Shown: positions 43,753 through 53,856 of the stretch, piece after piece
How the letters are laid out: the number at the start of each line of letters is the position of its first letter
How positions within the stretch are numbered: position 1 is the first letter of the stretch
Assembly (NCBI GenBank): GCA_024711125.1
Contig: JANJTM010000031.1
Location: 34,059-98,058 of the forward strand
Direction of reading: 5' to 3'
Length of the DNA: 64,000 nt
Source of the DNA: Rhodothermales bacterium
Lineage (GTDB): Bacteria; Bacteroidota; Rhodothermia; Rhodothermales; UBA10348
Program-made: the position numbers and the translations under genes
Notes under the pieces: generated by a model
Told to the model about the DNA's origin: nothing
Database searches by the model: none
The model's input: only the letters and a program-made list of their open reading frames with translations

Positions 43753-45798
43753 ATGCATACCTCTACGAAACTGGCGCGCTGGGCCATGGTGGCGTTCGTC
43801 GTGCTGGGAGTGACCTCGACTGCCAGTGCGCAGCGCACGGTCACCCTCAAGCTCAACACCGCCACCCTGCCCGACACGCTCGACGCGCTGGACGAGATCC
43901 AGATCCGCGGCGCGATCGGCGGCGCCGCCCCGGGCGCCCTGCCCGGCGGCAACGTCATCGACTGGGGCTCCGGGACGACCCTCCGGGCCACCAACCAGGG
44001 CGGCGACTACTGGGAGGCCGTCTTCCAGATCCCCGATGCCCAGGAGCTGAAGTACAAGTTCTACTCCCAGCGTGCCGAGTCTGACGGCGTAGGCGGATGG
44101 GAGGACGGAAGCGACCATACGATCGCCGCCGGCACCGGCAACTTCGACGGCGGCCTGCACTACTTCGAGAAGGGCGCCGACAAGGCGTACAACTGGTCGC
44201 CGTTCGACAGCGCGACCCGGCCGGCCAACACGGTGGGCGTGCACTTCCGCGTCTACATGTGCTCGGTCGACGGCAAGGGCAACGGCTACGATCCCAACGA
44301 CACGACGCAGATCATCGGCGTTCGCGGCGCTCCGGAGCCGGGCGTGCTCGACTGGGGGCAGACGAAGGTCGAACTGAAGCAGGAGTCCTCGGAGAAGGGC
44401 AAGCCGGGCTACGACATGTGGTCGGGCGTTGCCTACTACCCGGCGGCTTCGGCCGGCCAGCGCCAGATGTACAAGTTCGTCATCCATGACGGCGGCAACG
44501 TGGGCTGGGAAAACGGCAACCTGCCGGGCGACCGCTCCTTCGTCGTTCCGGCGCAGGACACGACGCTGCACTGGCAGTACTTCGGCAATACGGCGGCCCG
44601 CACCTGCGGCCTGCCCCCGCAGCTCGCGACGGTGATCTTCTCGGTCGACCTCGCGCCGCTGCAGGACGTCGGCCTCTTCGACAAGTCGCGCGGCGACACC
44701 CTCCAGGTGCGCGGCGGCTTCAACGGCTGGGGCTGCTCGAACCCCGACCGCTGCCTCCTCCTGCCCTTCCCGGGCACGTCGATCTACGAGGCGGCCGTGG
44801 CACTCGAGGCGTTCCCCGAGTCGATATACGCCTACAAGTACTACATCGAGTTCAACGACGAGAACTTCCGAGCCGCGTTCGGGGCCGCTCCTCCGAACGG
44901 GTGGGAAGAGCCGGTGACGACGACGGGCGCCGACCGCACGTTCGTTTTCGAAGGCAACCCGGCCCGCGAGCAGTTCCTCGGCGATACGCGCTTCAACGAC
45001 GTGTACGAGGGCAACATCATGCTGGGCGGAGAATCCACCCAGGTGACGTTCACCGTCGACATGACGCCCGCGCTGACCGCCGCCGAGCCGTTCGTTCCGG
45101 GTACGCACAGCGTGTTCATCGACTTCACGGGTGACGGCACCTGGGCGTTCCTCGCGGGCATTCCGCGTACGAACGACGGTGTCGGCTTCCGCATCGACGA
45201 TACGTTCACGCTGACGCGCCAGGGCACGACGAACATCTACAAGGGCACCTTCAACCTGCAGGGCCCGAACTACGCCGTGCTCCAGTACAAGTACTCGTAC
45301 GGCGCTGCGGGCTCGGGCGTGTTCAACACCGAGGTCGGCGGTACCACGGCGCAGATCGGCCGTCGCCGCACGCGCTACGTGCAGCCGAACGCCGACGGTT
45401 CGTGGCCGGCGACGTTCTCGATCGTGCCGGAGACGTTCCAGCCCACCGGGCGCCTTCCGTATGACGCGTGCAACCCGGGCTTCGATTCGAACTGCTTCGT
45501 GAACGTGGCAAGCGAGCGCGGCGGCGAAGTGCCGACCTCGGTCACGCTGGCGCAGAACTTCCCGAACCCGTTCAACCCGACGACCTCCCTCGAGTACACC
45601 GTCGATCGCACGACCGACGTCAAGCTCCAGGTCGTCGACCTGCTCGGCCGCGTCGTGGCGACCCTCGTCGACGCCAAGCAGCAGGCGAACACCTACCGCG
45701 TGACCTTCGACGCGTCGAAGCTCGCGAGCGGCACGTACCTGTACCGCCTCGAGACGCCGCACCAGACGATCACGAAGACGATGGTGCTCATCAAGTAA
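43753..45798 (+). CDS. Secreted protein with four tandem CBM-like beta-sandwich modules and a T9SS type-A C-terminal sorting domain
   Basis: Four repeats share the pattern V.F.V ... RG...W ... YKF/YKY ... WE..DR. The C-terminus is LAQNFPNPFNPTTSLEYTV...LLGRVVATLVD...LASGTYLYRLET...MVLIK. Confidence 0.8.
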   Translation: MHTSTKLARWAMVAFVVLGVTSTASAQRTVTLKLNTATLPDTLDALDEIQIRGAIGGAAPGALPGGNVIDWGSGTTLRATNQGGDYWEAVFQIPDAQELKYKFYSQRAESDGVGGWEDGSDHTIAAGTGNFDGGLHYFEKGADKAYNWSPFDSATRPANTVGVHFRVYMCSVDGKGNGYDPNDTTQIIGVRGAPEPGVLDWGQTKVELKQESSEKGKPGYDMWSGVAYYPAASAGQRQMYKFVIHDGGNVGWENGNLPGDRSFVVPAQDTTLHWQYFGNTAARTCGLPPQLATVIFSVDLAPLQDVGLFDKSRGDTLQVRGGFNGWGCSNPDRCLLLPFPGTSIYEAAVALEAFPESIYAYKYYIEFNDENFRAAFGAAPPNGWEEPVTTTGADRTFVFEGNPAREQFLGDTRFNDVYEGNIMLGGESTQVTFTVDMTPALTAAEPFVPGTHSVFIDFTGDGTWAFLAGIPRTNDGVGFRIDDTFTLTRQGTTNIYKGTFNLQGPNYAVLQYKYSYGAAGSGVFNTEVGGTTAQIGRRRTRYVQPNADGSWPATFSIVPETFQPTGRLPYDACNPGFDSNCFVNVASERGGEVPTSVTLAQNFPNPFNPTTSLEYTVDRTTDVKLQVVDLLGRVVATLVDAKQQANTYRVTFDASKLASGTYLYRLETPHQTITKTMVLIK

Positions 45799-45830
45799 GC
45801 GCCTTCGTCCCCATCGCCTGACGAAATGCG

Positions 45831-45880
45831 CCGGGGCCGGTGCGCGCCGCAGGGCGCGTGCCGGCCCCGGTCGCTTTTCG
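45831..45880 (+). terminator. Strong intrinsic terminator or attenuator between the CBM gene and the amylase gene
   Basis: 18-bp stem CCGGGGCCGGTGCGCGCC / GGCGCGTGCCGGCCCCGG (two G-U pairs) with loop GCAG, followed by TCGCTTTTCG. Confidence 0.6.
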
Positions 45881-45902
45881 GGGCAATCCGCTTCTCCTTC
45901 GC

Positions 45903-48900
45903 ATGGCCCGGTTCTACACCCTCCCGCTGATCCTCCTGCTGTCGGCGCTGCCTGCGCAGGCGCAGACGCTGAACGTCACCTTCCGCTACCTTCCGACCGG
46001 CGTGGTGGAGCGGGCGTTCGTGCCCGGACAGATCGTGGGCCAGTCCGGCTCCTTCACGAACTGGGGGCAGCCGTACAACGCGTCGAACTGTATCGCCGCG
46101 GGCAACGTGTCGGAGATGCAGTTCGTGCGCTTCCAGAATTACTGGGCAAAGACGTTCGCCCTGCCGCTCGGGGCCCGTCTCGAGTACAAGATCCAGGTCC
46201 ACCGCAACACGTCGGGCACGCAGTGCACCTGGCTGTCGGACCCGCTCAATCCGCTGACCAACCCGTCGAACAACTCCAATTCGGTCCTCGACGTCGTCGA
46301 CCCGATGGTATTCCAGCCGGCGGAAGAACCCGGCGCCTCGGTGGGCCTCGTCGGTCACTTCTCGGCCGGGCTCTTCTCGACGCAGCCGATCACCGCGATC
46401 ACCTACACCGTGAACGGCGTCGTGCGCACCGACGGGCTCACGCACTTCGACGCGGCGACCGGCGTCTTCCGCTACCGACTCGACCGGGAGGTGCGCAGCG
46501 GCGCGCAGTTCATCGTGGAGGCCACGGATGCGGGGGGGCGCACGATGCGGGCCGAGATCGGAACGCTCCAGCCTCCCATCGCGTGGCTGACCGGGCCGTT
46601 CACCGCGTTCACCGAAACGGCGACGCTGCGGGCGAGCGTCACCCGGCTGGACGGTTCGGTCGATCCGTCCGTCACCGAAGCGACCGTCTACGCGTTCGGG
46701 AATGCGATCGGCACCGCGCCGGTCACGAACGGGGCCATCACGGCCGAAGTGCCGCTCGTCGTGGGGCCCAACGTGTTCGCGCTCGAAGCGACCGTCGAGG
46801 GCGCGACCTACCGGACGGCCGATCTCCAGGTCGTACGGCGCACGCATCCGCTCCAGGCCTTCCTCGTCGACCCGGCGGTGTCGGGCACCGGGTTCGCCTT
46901 CACGATCGACCTCGTGCCGACGGGCGCCGGGCCGTCCCCGGACGCGACCTTCACCGTGGACGAGCGGCTGTCGACCACCACCGTATCCGGATTCGCGGCC
47001 GCCGGCCTGCAAGCCACCGGAACTGCCGCCGGACCGGGCGAGATCTTCGTCGACGTCGCGATCACCGCGGGAGCCCTGACCGACCGCCAGCGCGTCGCGG
47101 TCCTCGTGGGGGACGACGGCACGGCGCGCACGATGGCATGGGCTGAAAACGCGGCTTGGACGAAGAAGGCCGTCGTCTACGAGGTGTTTCCGCTCACCTT
47201 CGGACCGCGGGCTGCGGGCACGCCGGCGAGCCCCGGACCTCGGCTCGACCAGATCACCGCCGAGCTGGATTACATCGCGGCGATGGGCTTCAACACGATC
47301 TGGTTCATGCCCATCATGCACAACCAGTCGATGGACCCGGTCTCGGGCGGGTACAACATCAAGGATTTCTACACGGTCGACCCCACGATCGGGACGAACG
47401 ACGACTTCCGGGCGCTCGTCGACCGAGCCCACGAGCTGGGCCTCCGCGTGATCCTCGACTGGACGCCCAACCACGTCTCCCCGGTGCACCCGTGGGTGCA
47501 GAGCCTGCGCGAGGGCGGGCCGTTCGCCTCCTACCTCCAGACGACGCCATCCAGCCACGCCCGCGGACTCGACGGCCGCGGGGCCAACCTGCCCGAGATC
47601 TGGCAGACCGAGGGCGGCGCCAATTTCTACCGCAAGTACGACGGGTTCGGCGACCTCGCCAACCTCGACTGGGACGACGACGGGCTGCAGGCCGAGATGC
47701 TGGACGTGGTCGCGTACTGGATGAACGAGTTCGCGATCGACGGCTGGCGGTTCGACGTGTACTGGGGCCCGTGGCGGCGGTACGGTCCCGAGCGGTTCGG
47801 ACGTCCGATCCGCGAGCTCGTCAAGCGCATCCGGCCCGACGCGTGGCTGCTCGGCGAGATCGAGGGCACCGGCGGCGGCACCGAGGTCTACTATGCCGAC
47901 GACGATTTCGGAACCCCGGTCGAAGGCGGTCTCGACGCGGCGTACGACTGGACCTTCTATTTCAGCGGCATCCGCGGGTCGTACGCCGACCTCTCCGGGT
48001 ATCATTCGCGCATCGCGAACGGCAACTTCTGGCCGGGTCCGAACGCCCGCTTCTTCCGGTTCCTCGAGAACCACGACGAGCCGCGTATCGCGTGGGTGCA
48101 CCAGACGAACCTCGATCGCACCAAACCGCTCGCCGGCATGCTGCTCACCACGACCGGCGTGCCGATGGTCTACGCCGGCCAGGAAGTCGCGTTCGGAACG
48201 GGCAGCGACTACGACCAACGGGCGGTGGTGGACTGGAATACGCCCCGCAACGGGGAGTTCGCGGCGATGTACCAGCGGCTTGCCCACGTGCGCACGCGCT
48301 TTCCGGCGTTCTGGACGCAGCGCGTGACGTCGATCTACCAGGGCGTGGCCGTGCGCCAGGACCGCGTCTACGCCTACGTCCGGCCGTATCCGGAAGAGAA
48401 TGCCGTCGTGGCCGTCAACTTCGAGAACAGGCCGGTCACGGTCACCATCAACCCGAAGGCCGCCCTCGACTGGTCGACGGACGGCCCCATCCCGTACTAC
48501 GACGTCTTCGCCGACACCGTGCGGGCGTACGTAGGAGCCTTCACGATCACGGTGCCGGCGTACGAAACCGTGGTCTACATCACGTCCTCGGCACCCGGGT
48601 ACACGGCACCCACGTTGCCCGCATTGCCGTACGGCGCCGTCTACACCGGCGTCGAAGAGGGCGGGGAGCCCGGCGAACTGCCCCGGTCGGTGGATTTGGG
48701 AGCGGCCTGGCCCAATCCGTTCAACCCGGTGACACGCCTGGCCTTCGAACTTCCGGCGTCCGGTCCCGTCCGCCTGGACGTGTTCGACGCCGTCGGGCGC
48801 CGGGTAGCCACCCTGGCCGACGGCCTCCATCCGGCCGGCCGTCACGAGGCCGTGTTCGATGCGTCGAGCCTGCCGTCCGGGGTCTATTTCGCGCGCCTGC

Positions 48901-48947
48901 AGGCCGGGGCCGAGGTGCGCACCCGTAGCCTGGTCCTCGTCAAATGA
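45903..48947 (+). CDS. GH13 alpha-amylase-family enzyme with an N-terminal CBM48/E-set-like domain and a T9SS sorting domain
   Basis: GSFTNWG...EYKIQV...WLSDPLNP (glycogen-binding-like); GFNTIWFMPI, ILDWTPNHV, IDGWRFDV, LGEIEG and FLENHDEPR (GH13 regions I-IV); C-terminal WPNPFNPVTRLAFEL...SGVYFARL...LVLVK. Confidence 0.85.
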   Translation: MARFYTLPLILLLSALPAQAQTLNVTFRYLPTGVVERAFVPGQIVGQSGSFTNWGQPYNASNCIAAGNVSEMQFVRFQNYWAKTFALPLGARLEYKIQVHRNTSGTQCTWLSDPLNPLTNPSNNSNSVLDVVDPMVFQPAEEPGASVGLVGHFSAGLFSTQPITAITYTVNGVVRTDGLTHFDAATGVFRYRLDREVRSGAQFIVEATDAGGRTMRAEIGTLQPPIAWLTGPFTAFTETATLRASVTRLDGSVDPSVTEATVYAFGNAIGTAPVTNGAITAEVPLVVGPNVFALEATVEGATYRTADLQVVRRTHPLQAFLVDPAVSGTGFAFTIDLVPTGAGPSPDATFTVDERLSTTTVSGFAAAGLQATGTAAGPGEIFVDVAITAGALTDRQRVAVLVGDDGTARTMAWAENAAWTKKAVVYEVFPLTFGPRAAGTPASPGPRLDQITAELDYIAAMGFNTIWFMPIMHNQSMDPVSGGYNIKDFYTVDPTIGTNDDFRALVDRAHELGLRVILDWTPNHVSPVHPWVQSLREGGPFASYLQTTPSSHARGLDGRGANLPEIWQTEGGANFYRKYDGFGDLANLDWDDDGLQAEMLDVVAYWMNEFAIDGWRFDVYWGPWRRYGPERFGRPIRELVKRIRPDAWLLGEIEGTGGGTEVYYADDDFGTPVEGGLDAAYDWTFYFSGIRGSYADLSGYHSRIANGNFWPGPNARFFRFLENHDEPRIAWVHQTNLDRTKPLAGMLLTTTGVPMVYAGQEVAFGTGSDYDQRAVVDWNTPRNGEFAAMYQRLAHVRTRFPAFWTQRVTSIYQGVAVRQDRVYAYVRPYPEENAVVAVNFENRPVTVTINPKAALDWSTDGPIPYYDVFADTVRAYVGAFTITVPAYETVVYITSSAPGYTAPTLPALPYGAVYTGVEEGGEPGELPRSVDLGAAWPNPFNPVTRLAFELPASGPVRLDVFDAVGRRVATLADGLHPAGRHEAVFDASSLPSGVYFARLQAGAEVRTRSLVLVK

Positions 48948-50857
48948 GCCTCCTGACACGCTTGCGGGCCGCGGCCGCCTCGATCGCGCTCGGCCTGGTC
49001 CTCGTTTCGTGCTCCTCGGGACAGCCGCAGCCCGTGCAACCGGACTCGACCGTGCCGTCCTGGGCAGCCGACATGATCTGGTACCAGGTCTTCCCGGAGC
49101 GATTCCGCAACGGGGACCCGACCAACGACCCCGTGCGGGAGAGCCTTCCGAACGCCGACCGGGTGCCCGCGTCGTGGGCGCCGACGCCCTGGGGCGGCGA
49201 CTGGTACGATCGCGCCGACTGGGAGCGGGAGCTGAACCCGGATTTCTACCGCGCGGTACGGCAGCGTCGGTACGGGGGCGACCTGCAGGGCGTGATCGAC
49301 CGGCTGCCCTACCTGGAGACGTTGGGCATCACCGGGATCTACTTCAATCCCATTTTCCAGGCGCGATCCGAACACAAGTACGACGGAAACCTCTTCCACC
49401 ACGTCGACCCGTATTTCGGACCGGACCCGGAGGGCGACTTCGCGAAGATCGCGGCCGAGGACTTCGCGTCGGGCGAATGGGCCTGGACCGCGGCCGATTC
49501 GCTGCTGCTCGAGGTCGTGCGGCAGGCTCACGCCCGCGGCATGCGCGTCATCCTGGACGGCGTGTTCAATCACGTGGGCCGCGACTTCCCGCCGTTCGCC
49601 GACCTGAGGGCAAAGGGACGCGATTCGAAGTACGTCGACTGGTTCAAGGTGCTGCGTTGGGACGACCCCGCGACCCCGGAGAACGAGTTCGACTGGGAGG
49701 GCTGGTGGGGCGCCAAGTCCCTGCCCGAGTTCGCGGACACGGCCGATTCGCTCGACCTCGCTCCCGGTCCGAAAGCGTACGTTTTCGCCGCGACCGCCCG
49801 GTGGATGGATCCGAACGGCGACGGCGACCCTTCAGACGGCATCGACGGGTGGCGCCTGGACGTGGCGGCCGACGTGCCCATCGGGTTCTGGGCCGACTGG
49901 AACGACCACGTGCGCCGCCTGAACCCCGACGCGTATACCGTGACCGAGATCTGGCACGAAGCCGCCGATTTCGTGGCGCAGGGCCGTTTTTCGGCCTCGA
50001 TGAACTACCACGGATTCGCGTTCCCCGTGAAGGGGTTCCTGGTGGACGACCGGATGCCGCCCACGGAGTTCGCGCGGGCGCTCGACGAGCGGCGCGCGGC
50101 GCATCCGCCCGCCGTGGCGTTCGCCATGCAGAACCTCGTCGACTCGCACGACACCGAGCGCGTCGCGTCGATGATCGTGAACGCGTCCCGGCGCCTGCCC
50201 TACCAGCGCAAGGACTCGACCGTCTGGTTCGACTACGACTGGGGTCCGCATTCGACGCCGGCCCAGGACCCGGGGTACCTGCTGCGGCCGCCGACGGCCG
50301 ACGAACGGGCCGTGCAGCGCCTCGTGGCCCTCTTCCAGATGACGTGGGTCGGGTCGCCGATGGTGTACTACGGGACGGAAGCCGGCATGTGGGGCGCCGA
50401 CGATCCGGACGACCGTTCGCCCATGGTGTGGCCGGACACCCCCTTCGAGGATCGTGCTTCGGACCCCCTGGGAAGACCGTCAAGCGCCGCACCCGTCCGG
50501 TTCGACCCCGAACTCCACGAATACTACCGCTCGGTCATTGCCCTTCGGCGCTCCCACCCGGCCTTGCGAACCGGATCGGCCGACTTCCTGCTGGCCGAGG
50601 ATGCCACGCACACGGTGGTTTTCGCGCGGACACTCGAGGAGGAGCGGCTCGTCGTGGCACTGAACCGCTCGAACGAGCCCGTCGACGTCACGCTCACCGT
50701 GGGGCTGCTCGGCCTCGGCGACGGCGAAGGCCTGTACCCGATCTTCTCGACCGCCGGAGGGCCGGGCGAAACCCCGTCCGCCGAACCCGGCTCGGTGGTC
50801 GCTTTCACGCTGGCGCCCCGCGAGGGGCGCGTCTTCCTGCGCACCGGGGTCGAGTGA
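48944..50857 (+). CDS. GH13 lipoprotein (neopullulanase/cyclomaltodextrinase-like)
   Basis: LVLVSCSSG lipobox; WYQVFPERFRNGDP, YGGDLQGVIDRLPYLETLGITGIYFNPIF, ILDGVFNHVG, IDGWRLDVA, TEIWHE and VDSHDTER. Confidence 0.85.
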   Translation: MSLLTRLRAAAASIALGLVLVSCSSGQPQPVQPDSTVPSWAADMIWYQVFPERFRNGDPTNDPVRESLPNADRVPASWAPTPWGGDWYDRADWERELNPDFYRAVRQRRYGGDLQGVIDRLPYLETLGITGIYFNPIFQARSEHKYDGNLFHHVDPYFGPDPEGDFAKIAAEDFASGEWAWTAADSLLLEVVRQAHARGMRVILDGVFNHVGRDFPPFADLRAKGRDSKYVDWFKVLRWDDPATPENEFDWEGWWGAKSLPEFADTADSLDLAPGPKAYVFAATARWMDPNGDGDPSDGIDGWRLDVAADVPIGFWADWNDHVRRLNPDAYTVTEIWHEAADFVAQGRFSASMNYHGFAFPVKGFLVDDRMPPTEFARALDERRAAHPPAVAFAMQNLVDSHDTERVASMIVNASRRLPYQRKDSTVWFDYDWGPHSTPAQDPGYLLRPPTADERAVQRLVALFQMTWVGSPMVYYGTEAGMWGADDPDDRSPMVWPDTPFEDRASDPLGRPSSAAPVRFDPELHEYYRSVIALRRSHPALRTGSADFLLAEDATHTVVFARTLEEERLVVALNRSNEPVDVTLTVGLLGLGDGEGLYPIFSTAGGPGETPSAEPGSVVAFTLAPREGRVFLRTGVE

Positions 50858-50893
50858 ACCGCCCGCCCCGCCATCCCTCCAACCGACGCCTCC

Positions 50894-52348
50894 ATGCTCG
50901 CCATCCAGCAACGGCTCACGAAGTCCTTCTTCGTCCTGCTGAGCCTTCCGGCCACCGCGATGGGATTCGCCCTCTCGGTGCAGATTTCGGCACTCAGCTG
51001 GATCCTGACGACGAAATACGGGCTCGACATCCACGACGTGGGCCTTGTCTGGGCGGCCGGTCCGATCGCCGGCATCCTCGGGCAGGTCGTGATCGGCGTC
51101 ATCTCTGACGGCGTCTGGTTCTGGGGCGGAAGGCGCCGACCCTTCATCCTGGTCGGCGGCGTTCTGGCCGCCCTCATGCTGCTCGCGCTTCCGAGCATCG
51201 ACGTGATCTCGGCGGCGATGGGGGCCGAAGGCATCCTGGGCGTCGCGATCGCCGTCGCGCTGACGCTCGATCTCGCGATCAACGTCAGCTTCAACCCGAC
51301 GCGGTCGGTGATCGCCGACGTGACCCCCGAAGGTGTCGCTCGCACCAAGGGGTACACGTGGATGCAGACGATCTCGGGCACGTTCGGCGTGCTCGCCTAC
51401 GCCATCGGCGCGATCTGGGGCAACGTTGCGCTGATCTACCTGGGCGCGGGCCTCGTGCTGCTGTTCTCGATCATACCCCCGTTCTTTATCGAGGAGCCTA
51501 AGGAGCTCGCAGGGAACGGGGGCGGAACGGCCGAGCGCAAGGCGTCGGCGGGCGAAATGCTGCGCGCGATCCGTCCGCTGTGGGGATTCCTGGCCTACGC
51601 GGTCTACGGCATGACCGTGCGCCTGTCGGGCATCGAGGTCGGCGGGTACTGGGTCGAGGGACTGTGCCTGGCGGCGACCGTCGCGCTGATGGCCGAGGCG
51701 CTGTTCGCCTCGGACGCCGGGCTGTCGAAGGAGGCCGCGGGGGCGCTCGGTTTCCGCAAGGTGCTCGCCGCGCACTCGTTCACGTGGGTCGGCGTACAGA
51801 CGATGTTCATCTACATGTTCGCGTTCGTGCAATTCCGCATGCCGGGCGTCGGGGACGACGAAATGGGTCGCGTGGTATCGATCTCGTTCCTCGTGCTGAA
51901 TGCCGTCGGAGCCTTGGTGCCGGTTCTCCTGCTCGAACCGATCACCGAGCGCATCGGGCGCGTACGTACGCACTGGGGCAGCCTCGCCCTGATGGCGGCG
52001 GCCTACGTGGGCATCCTCTTCTTCGGCTCGAGCCCGATGGCGATCTACGTGCTGATGGCGGTCGCCGGCATCGGGTGGGGAGCGATCGTGTCGCTTCCGT
52101 TCGCCATCATGTCCCAGAAGATCGACCAGGGGCGGATGGGCATGTACATGGGCCTCTTCAACCTCTCGGTCGTGCTGCCCCAGCTCGTCGCGAGCCTCGG
52201 CGTGGGCGAAGCCGTCAGCCGGACGGCCGACAAGGGCCTCATCTTCATCATCTGCGCCGCGACGCTGGCGGTCTCGGCCCTGGCCTGGACCTTCGTCAAG
52301 GACGAGGCGGGCGGCGCGACGTCGCAGGCCGCGGGCGGCGCGCATTGA
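50894..52348 (+). CDS. MFS/GPH-type sugar (maltose/sucrose-like) transporter
   Basis: About 12 hydrophobic segments, and a GVISDGVWFWGGRRRPFIL loop typical of glycoside-pentoside-hexuronide/SLC45-like carriers. Confidence 0.8.
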   Translation: MLAIQQRLTKSFFVLLSLPATAMGFALSVQISALSWILTTKYGLDIHDVGLVWAAGPIAGILGQVVIGVISDGVWFWGGRRRPFILVGGVLAALMLLALPSIDVISAAMGAEGILGVAIAVALTLDLAINVSFNPTRSVIADVTPEGVARTKGYTWMQTISGTFGVLAYAIGAIWGNVALIYLGAGLVLLFSIIPPFFIEEPKELAGNGGGTAERKASAGEMLRAIRPLWGFLAYAVYGMTVRLSGIEVGGYWVEGLCLAATVALMAEALFASDAGLSKEAAGALGFRKVLAAHSFTWVGVQTMFIYMFAFVQFRMPGVGDDEMGRVVSISFLVLNAVGALVPVLLLEPITERIGRVRTHWGSLALMAAAYVGILFFGSSPMAIYVLMAVAGIGWGAIVSLPFAIMSQKIDQGRMGMYMGLFNLSVVLPQLVASLGVGEAVSRTADKGLIFIICAATLAVSALAWTFVKDEAGGATSQAAGGAH

Positions 52349-52359
52349 TCCCGATCCCC

Positions 52360-53856
52360 ATGAAACGCTTCCTGGTTCTCGTCGCGGCCCTCTCGGCCTG
52401 CTCCCCGAAGCCCGCGCCGCAACCCCCCGCGATTCCGCCCGTGGATCCGGAGGCGGTATCGCCGCGCAACGACGCGGCGGGCACGATCGTGCACCTCTTC
52501 GAGTGGACCTGGCCCGACGTCGCCGAGGAATGCGAGGCGTTTCTCGGGCCCGCCGGCTACACCGCCGTGCAGGTGTCGCCGGTCGTCGAGAACCACGTCG
52601 TGGTGGGAAGACCCTGGTGGGAGCGGTATCAGCCCGTCTCGTACCGGCTCGACACCCGCTCCGGGGATCGGGCGGCCTTCGCCGACATGGTGTCCCGCTG
52701 CCGGGCCGCCGGGGTCGAGGTCATGGTCGACGTCATCCTCAACCACATGGCCGACGCCGACCTTCGCCACGATTCCGAGACGTTCACCGGGCGCGGCACG
52801 GCGGGCACGACCTTCGGATCCTACGACTATCCCGGGCTCTTCACGCCGGACGATTTCCACCGGTGCGGCCTCACGCCCGACGACAACATCGCCGACTGGG
52901 ACGACCCCGCGCAGGTCTGGAACTGCGAGCTGGTCGACCTCTCGGACCTCGATACGTCGCAACCCGACGTCCGGGAGAAGGTGGGCGCCTACCTGGCCGA
53001 CCTCGTGTCGCTCGGCGTGACGGAATTCCGCGTCGACACCGCCCGTCACCTGTCGCCCGAGGACCTCGAGGCGATCCTGGCGTACGCCCGCGTCCGGTAC
53101 GCCGCCCTGGAGGTCACCCACGGCGGCTGGATCGGGTACTACCTGCCCATCGCGCCCGTCATCAACTTCACGTACGGCCCCATGGTATCGCGGGTGTTCC
53201 GCGGCGAATCCCTGGCCACGCTGGGGAGCCCGGAATTCTGGGCTTCGGATCCCCACCCGACGCATTCGGCGGTGGTCTTCCTGTCGAACCACGACAACCA
53301 GCGTGGGCACGGCGTGGGAGAAGGCGTTCTGACCTTCAAGGACGGGGCGCTCTACGATCTCGCATCGGCCTACACGCTCGCGTCCGGGCGCGGCCGTCCC
53401 CGCGTGATGTCGAGCTACGCGTTCGAATCGGGCTCGCAGGGGCCTCCGACGGGCGAAGGCGAATCGATCGCGCGCGTTCACGGCGACGACGGGATCGGGT
53501 GCCGAACCGAGTGGATCTGCGAGCACCGCCGTCCGATCATCGCCGGGTTCGTCGGATTCGAGGCGGCCGTGCGGGGCGCAGCCGTGGAGCGATTTGCGGC
53601 CGAGGGCCCGGATCGGTTCGCGTTCGCGCGCGGCGCGAGCGGGTTCGCCGCCTTCAACCGTTCGGCCGAGGCGTGGCAGGTGACCCTGGACACGGGCCTG
53701 GAAGCCGGCACCTGGTGCGACGCCGCGCAGGGGCCGGCCGCGCCCGACGGATCGTGCCCGGGCGCCGAGGTCGCGGTCGACGAGGCGGGTCGCGCATCGG
53801 TCACGGTGCCGGCCCTTGGGGCCGTCGGGCTTTTCCGTCCGCGACCGGGCGCGTAG
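52360..53856 (+). CDS. GH13 alpha-amylase lipoprotein (Streptomyces/animal-type)
   Basis: LSACSPK lipobox; IVHLFEWTWPDVAEECEAFLGPAGYTAVQVSPVVEN, VDVILNHMA, EFRVDTARH and FLSNHDNQRGHG. Confidence 0.85.
   Translation: MKRFLVLVAALSACSPKPAPQPPAIPPVDPEAVSPRNDAAGTIVHLFEWTWPDVAEECEAFLGPAGYTAVQVSPVVENHVVVGRPWWERYQPVSYRLDTRSGDRAAFADMVSRCRAAGVEVMVDVILNHMADADLRHDSETFTGRGTAGTTFGSYDYPGLFTPDDFHRCGLTPDDNIADWDDPAQVWNCELVDLSDLDTSQPDVREKVGAYLADLVSLGVTEFRVDTARHLSPEDLEAILAYARVRYAALEVTHGGWIGYYLPIAPVINFTYGPMVSRVFRGESLATLGSPEFWASDPHPTHSAVVFLSNHDNQRGHGVGEGVLTFKDGALYDLASAYTLASGRGRPRVMSSYAFESGSQGPPTGEGESIARVHGDDGIGCRTEWICEHRRPIIAGFVGFEAAVRGAAVERFAAEGPDRFAFARGASGFAAFNRSAEAWQVTLDTGLEAGTWCDAAQGPAAPDGSCPGAEVAVDEAGRASVTVPALGAVGLFRPRPGA

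Noticed and set aside
43686-44084. ORF encoding HHHHHH (a natural His-tag).
   Set aside because: It arises from translating the (CCA)n microsatellite in a frame that then overlaps the real CBM gene out of frame. There is no coding support.
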